Positions 44,887 through 46,561 of a stretch of DNA of 46,561 nucleotides are shown here, piece by piece. The translations under genes and the position numbers were made by a program. Numbering within the stretch: the stretch's first letter is position 1; each line of letters starts with the position of its first letter. The stretch spans positions 1-46,561 of the forward strand of contig JAYPJE010000002.1 in the NCBI GenBank assembly GCA_038128265.1, in the 5' to 3' direction. The notes under the pieces were generated by a model. The model had not been told where the DNA came from. It did not search any database and saw nothing but the letters and a program-made list of their open reading frames with translations. Source of the stretch: Gemmatimonadota bacterium. Its GTDB lineage: Bacteria > Latescibacterota > UBA2968 > UBA8231.

Positions 44887-46561
44887 ATGAGCTCAGATAC
44901 GCGCGGAGAACAGGGCGAAGAGGAGGCACTACACGATCTCGAGGTGCTCAGAGAATCAAAGAGCACCGAAGGGATCGATGCGTTTGCCGACCTAGGTGCA
45001 TTGGGCTCGGTAGAGGATACGCTGCACATTTCTGCCGATGGACTCGTCGCGCGCCTGTGGCGTATTGATGCCGGCTCGACGCGTGCCGATATCGATGCGC
45101 TGCTGCAGCGCAATGGCGTATCGGAAGGTATTGACGAGGCGGTGCTTGAGCGCGCATTAGTCAACGCGCAGCGCGGTCAGGTCCAGATTGGGCTAGTCGT
45201 AGCGCGTGGAAAACCTGCCGGCATCATTGCGCCGGCGCGTGCGATCTACCACCCTAGCTTGGAGGGTGAAGAGGCGCATTTCGCGATCCTCCTTCGGAGT
45301 TTGCAGGAGTCCTCTCCGCAAGATGTGCTTGATGGCAATATTGAAGCGGTTGTCGTCGCGCCTGAAGTTGTGTTGGCCGAGTGGCAGCGGGCGCGCTATC
45401 GGCCGGGTCTCACCGTGCGCGGACAGCCCTTTTACCCGCCGGTGGCTGCAAAACCGGCATTTCTCCTGGGAAACGGGACGCACAAGAGCGAAGACGGCAA
45501 ACAGTGCCTCAGCTCGCACTACGGATATGCCGGAATAGTCGATGGACGCATTTGCGTCGTTCCACCGCTCTGGTTTGCTCCGGACCGTTCAGAAGTACAC
45601 TTGGTGCACCTGCAGACAAAGTTCGTAGAGCCCCCACCAAGCCGACAAGACCTGTTGGACGTGTTGCGCGCAGCGGGTATCGAGCGCGGCATTGATATGG
45701 TTGCCGTGGACGAGGCTTGTCGGCGGATTGCCGAAAAGGAGCAGCCCTTCTCACTCTGCCTGGCGCGCTCTATTCTGGCTGAGCTGGCGCTTGAATCGGA
45801 GATTCGCTACACCTTTAATCGGCTGTATCTGCTGAGTTGGAATCAGTGGCGCGGCTTGTTGAACAGCGAAAATTTGGCTCAGATACGCGAATCGCTCGAA
45901 CTGCTGCTGCGCGATGAGGAACTGTGCTGTCCGCTCAAACGGCGCGGAGACCTGCTGGGAGAAAAGGTGGATGAGACAGACGCCGACGGTGAGTGGGGCG
46001 AGGTCGGGCGACACGTAGCAACGAGCGTTGATGGCCTGTCTGCCAAGTCTGATATCGTCGGGTATGTGTGCCTGCGGGGTGAGCGCCTCGAAGTGATGCC
46101 GCCTATATGGGTTGCTCCCGATGCCAGTGCGGCGTACTTCATCAACTTGCCTCAGGGCGATGAGCCCTATTACCCGCAGATCGGTGAGATCCGAGAAGCG
46201 CTCGATCTGGCTGGTGTTACGCACGGGTTTCGCGAGAGTGACTGGCTGGCTGCGCTGGATGCTTTGGCCATCGGTCAGGAACTGCCTCCGCTTATTCCGA
46301 TTGCTCTGGCCAGCCCGCCTGGAGAGAGCCGTGATGCTGCCTTTGAGTGGGCGATCGATATAGAGGGGAATCGCGTTGGCAAGATTCTCGAAGACGGGTC
46401 GATTGACTTTCGGCAGCGCAGTCGTGCACCGGCTGTCTCCGAGGGCGACCTGATCGGAACATTTTCTCCGCAAAGTGCCGGCGTGCCAGGCCGCGATGTG
46501 ACGGGGCGCGATATTCCGGCGATGCGACCTCAGCGAATCGATGTAATCGCGGGTGCACACG
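44887..46561 (+). CDS. FapA (DUF342) flagellar assembly family protein with repeated N-terminal modules (partial, runs off the right edge)
   Basis: Hand translation is open from ATG 44887 to the edge. Contains ISADGL.A.L, L...GV..GID, VARGKP, DGSIDFRQ, V..GDLIG, G.PGRDVTG..IP. Not in the ORF track. Confidence 0.85.
   Translation, partial: MSSDTRGEQGEEEALHDLEVLRESKSTEGIDAFADLGALGSVEDTLHISADGLVARLWRIDAGSTRADIDALLQRNGVSEGIDEAVLERALVNAQRGQVQIGLVVARGKPAGIIAPARAIYHPSLEGEEAHFAILLRSLQESSPQDVLDGNIEAVVVAPEVVLAEWQRARYRPGLTVRGQPFYPPVAAKPAFLLGNGTHKSEDGKQCLSSHYGYAGIVDGRICVVPPLWFAPDRSEVHLVHLQTKFVEPPPSRQDLLDVLRAAGIERGIDMVAVDEACRRIAEKEQPFSLCLARSILAELALESEIRYTFNRLYLLSWNQWRGLLNSENLAQIRESLELLLRDEELCCPLKRRGDLLGEKVDETDADGEWGEVGRHVATSVDGLSAKSDIVGYVCLRGERLEVMPPIWVAPDASAAYFINLPQGDEPYYPQIGEIREALDLAGVTHGFRESDWLAALDALAIGQELPPLIPIALASPPGESRDAAFEWAIDIEGNRVGKILEDGSIDFRQRSRAPAVSEGDLIGTFSPQSAGVPGRDVTGRDIPAMRPQRIDVIAGAH

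Noticed and set aside
45751..46560. 269-aa minus-strand ORF from the track
   Set aside because: Antisense shadow of the plus-strand FapA frame, which carries recognisable motifs.
1..46561. tRNA/rRNA genes, CRISPR arrays, transposases, integrases, prophage or defence genes
   Set aside because: None recognised. Intergenic gaps are short and contain no cloverleaf or repeat-spacer pattern that I could see by eye.

Overview
GC-rich bacterial chromosomal window with about 40 genes. I found no rRNA, tRNA, CRISPR array or mobile element. Housekeeping genes are dcd, pepA, serC, ssb, metH, a dCMP deaminase, thrS and proS. They are interspersed with sugar/sulfate-ester catabolism genes (three sulfatase-superfamily enzymes, two Gfo/Idh/MocA oxidoreductases, enolase-superfamily, RraA/HMG-aldolase, Ldh_2, PfkB, mutarotase, glcD-glcF) and motility-linked genes (globin-coupled chemoreceptor, multi-repeat FapA). 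The gene style suggests a Latescibacterota-like uncultured lineage; this is an unverified inference. Several ORFs are absent from the supplied track: two edge genes (2..766 and 44887..end) and four small ORFs. The main findings are: (1) a complete classical ribosome-stalling attenuator upstream of thrS (Thr-rich 44-aa leader, mutually exclusive protector/antiterminator/terminator stems); (2) sigma28-type promoters in front of two different globin genes, one a globin fused through an acidic linker to an unrecognised domain; (3) a shared C-terminal TW(G/A)xxK tail on two unrelated secreted proteins, a candidate sorting signal; (4) a secreted DNase I-fold protein with substituted catalytic motifs; (5) a SahR-like palindrome abutting the metH -35; (6) a possible SOS-type promoter driving two tiny ORFs plus ssb.
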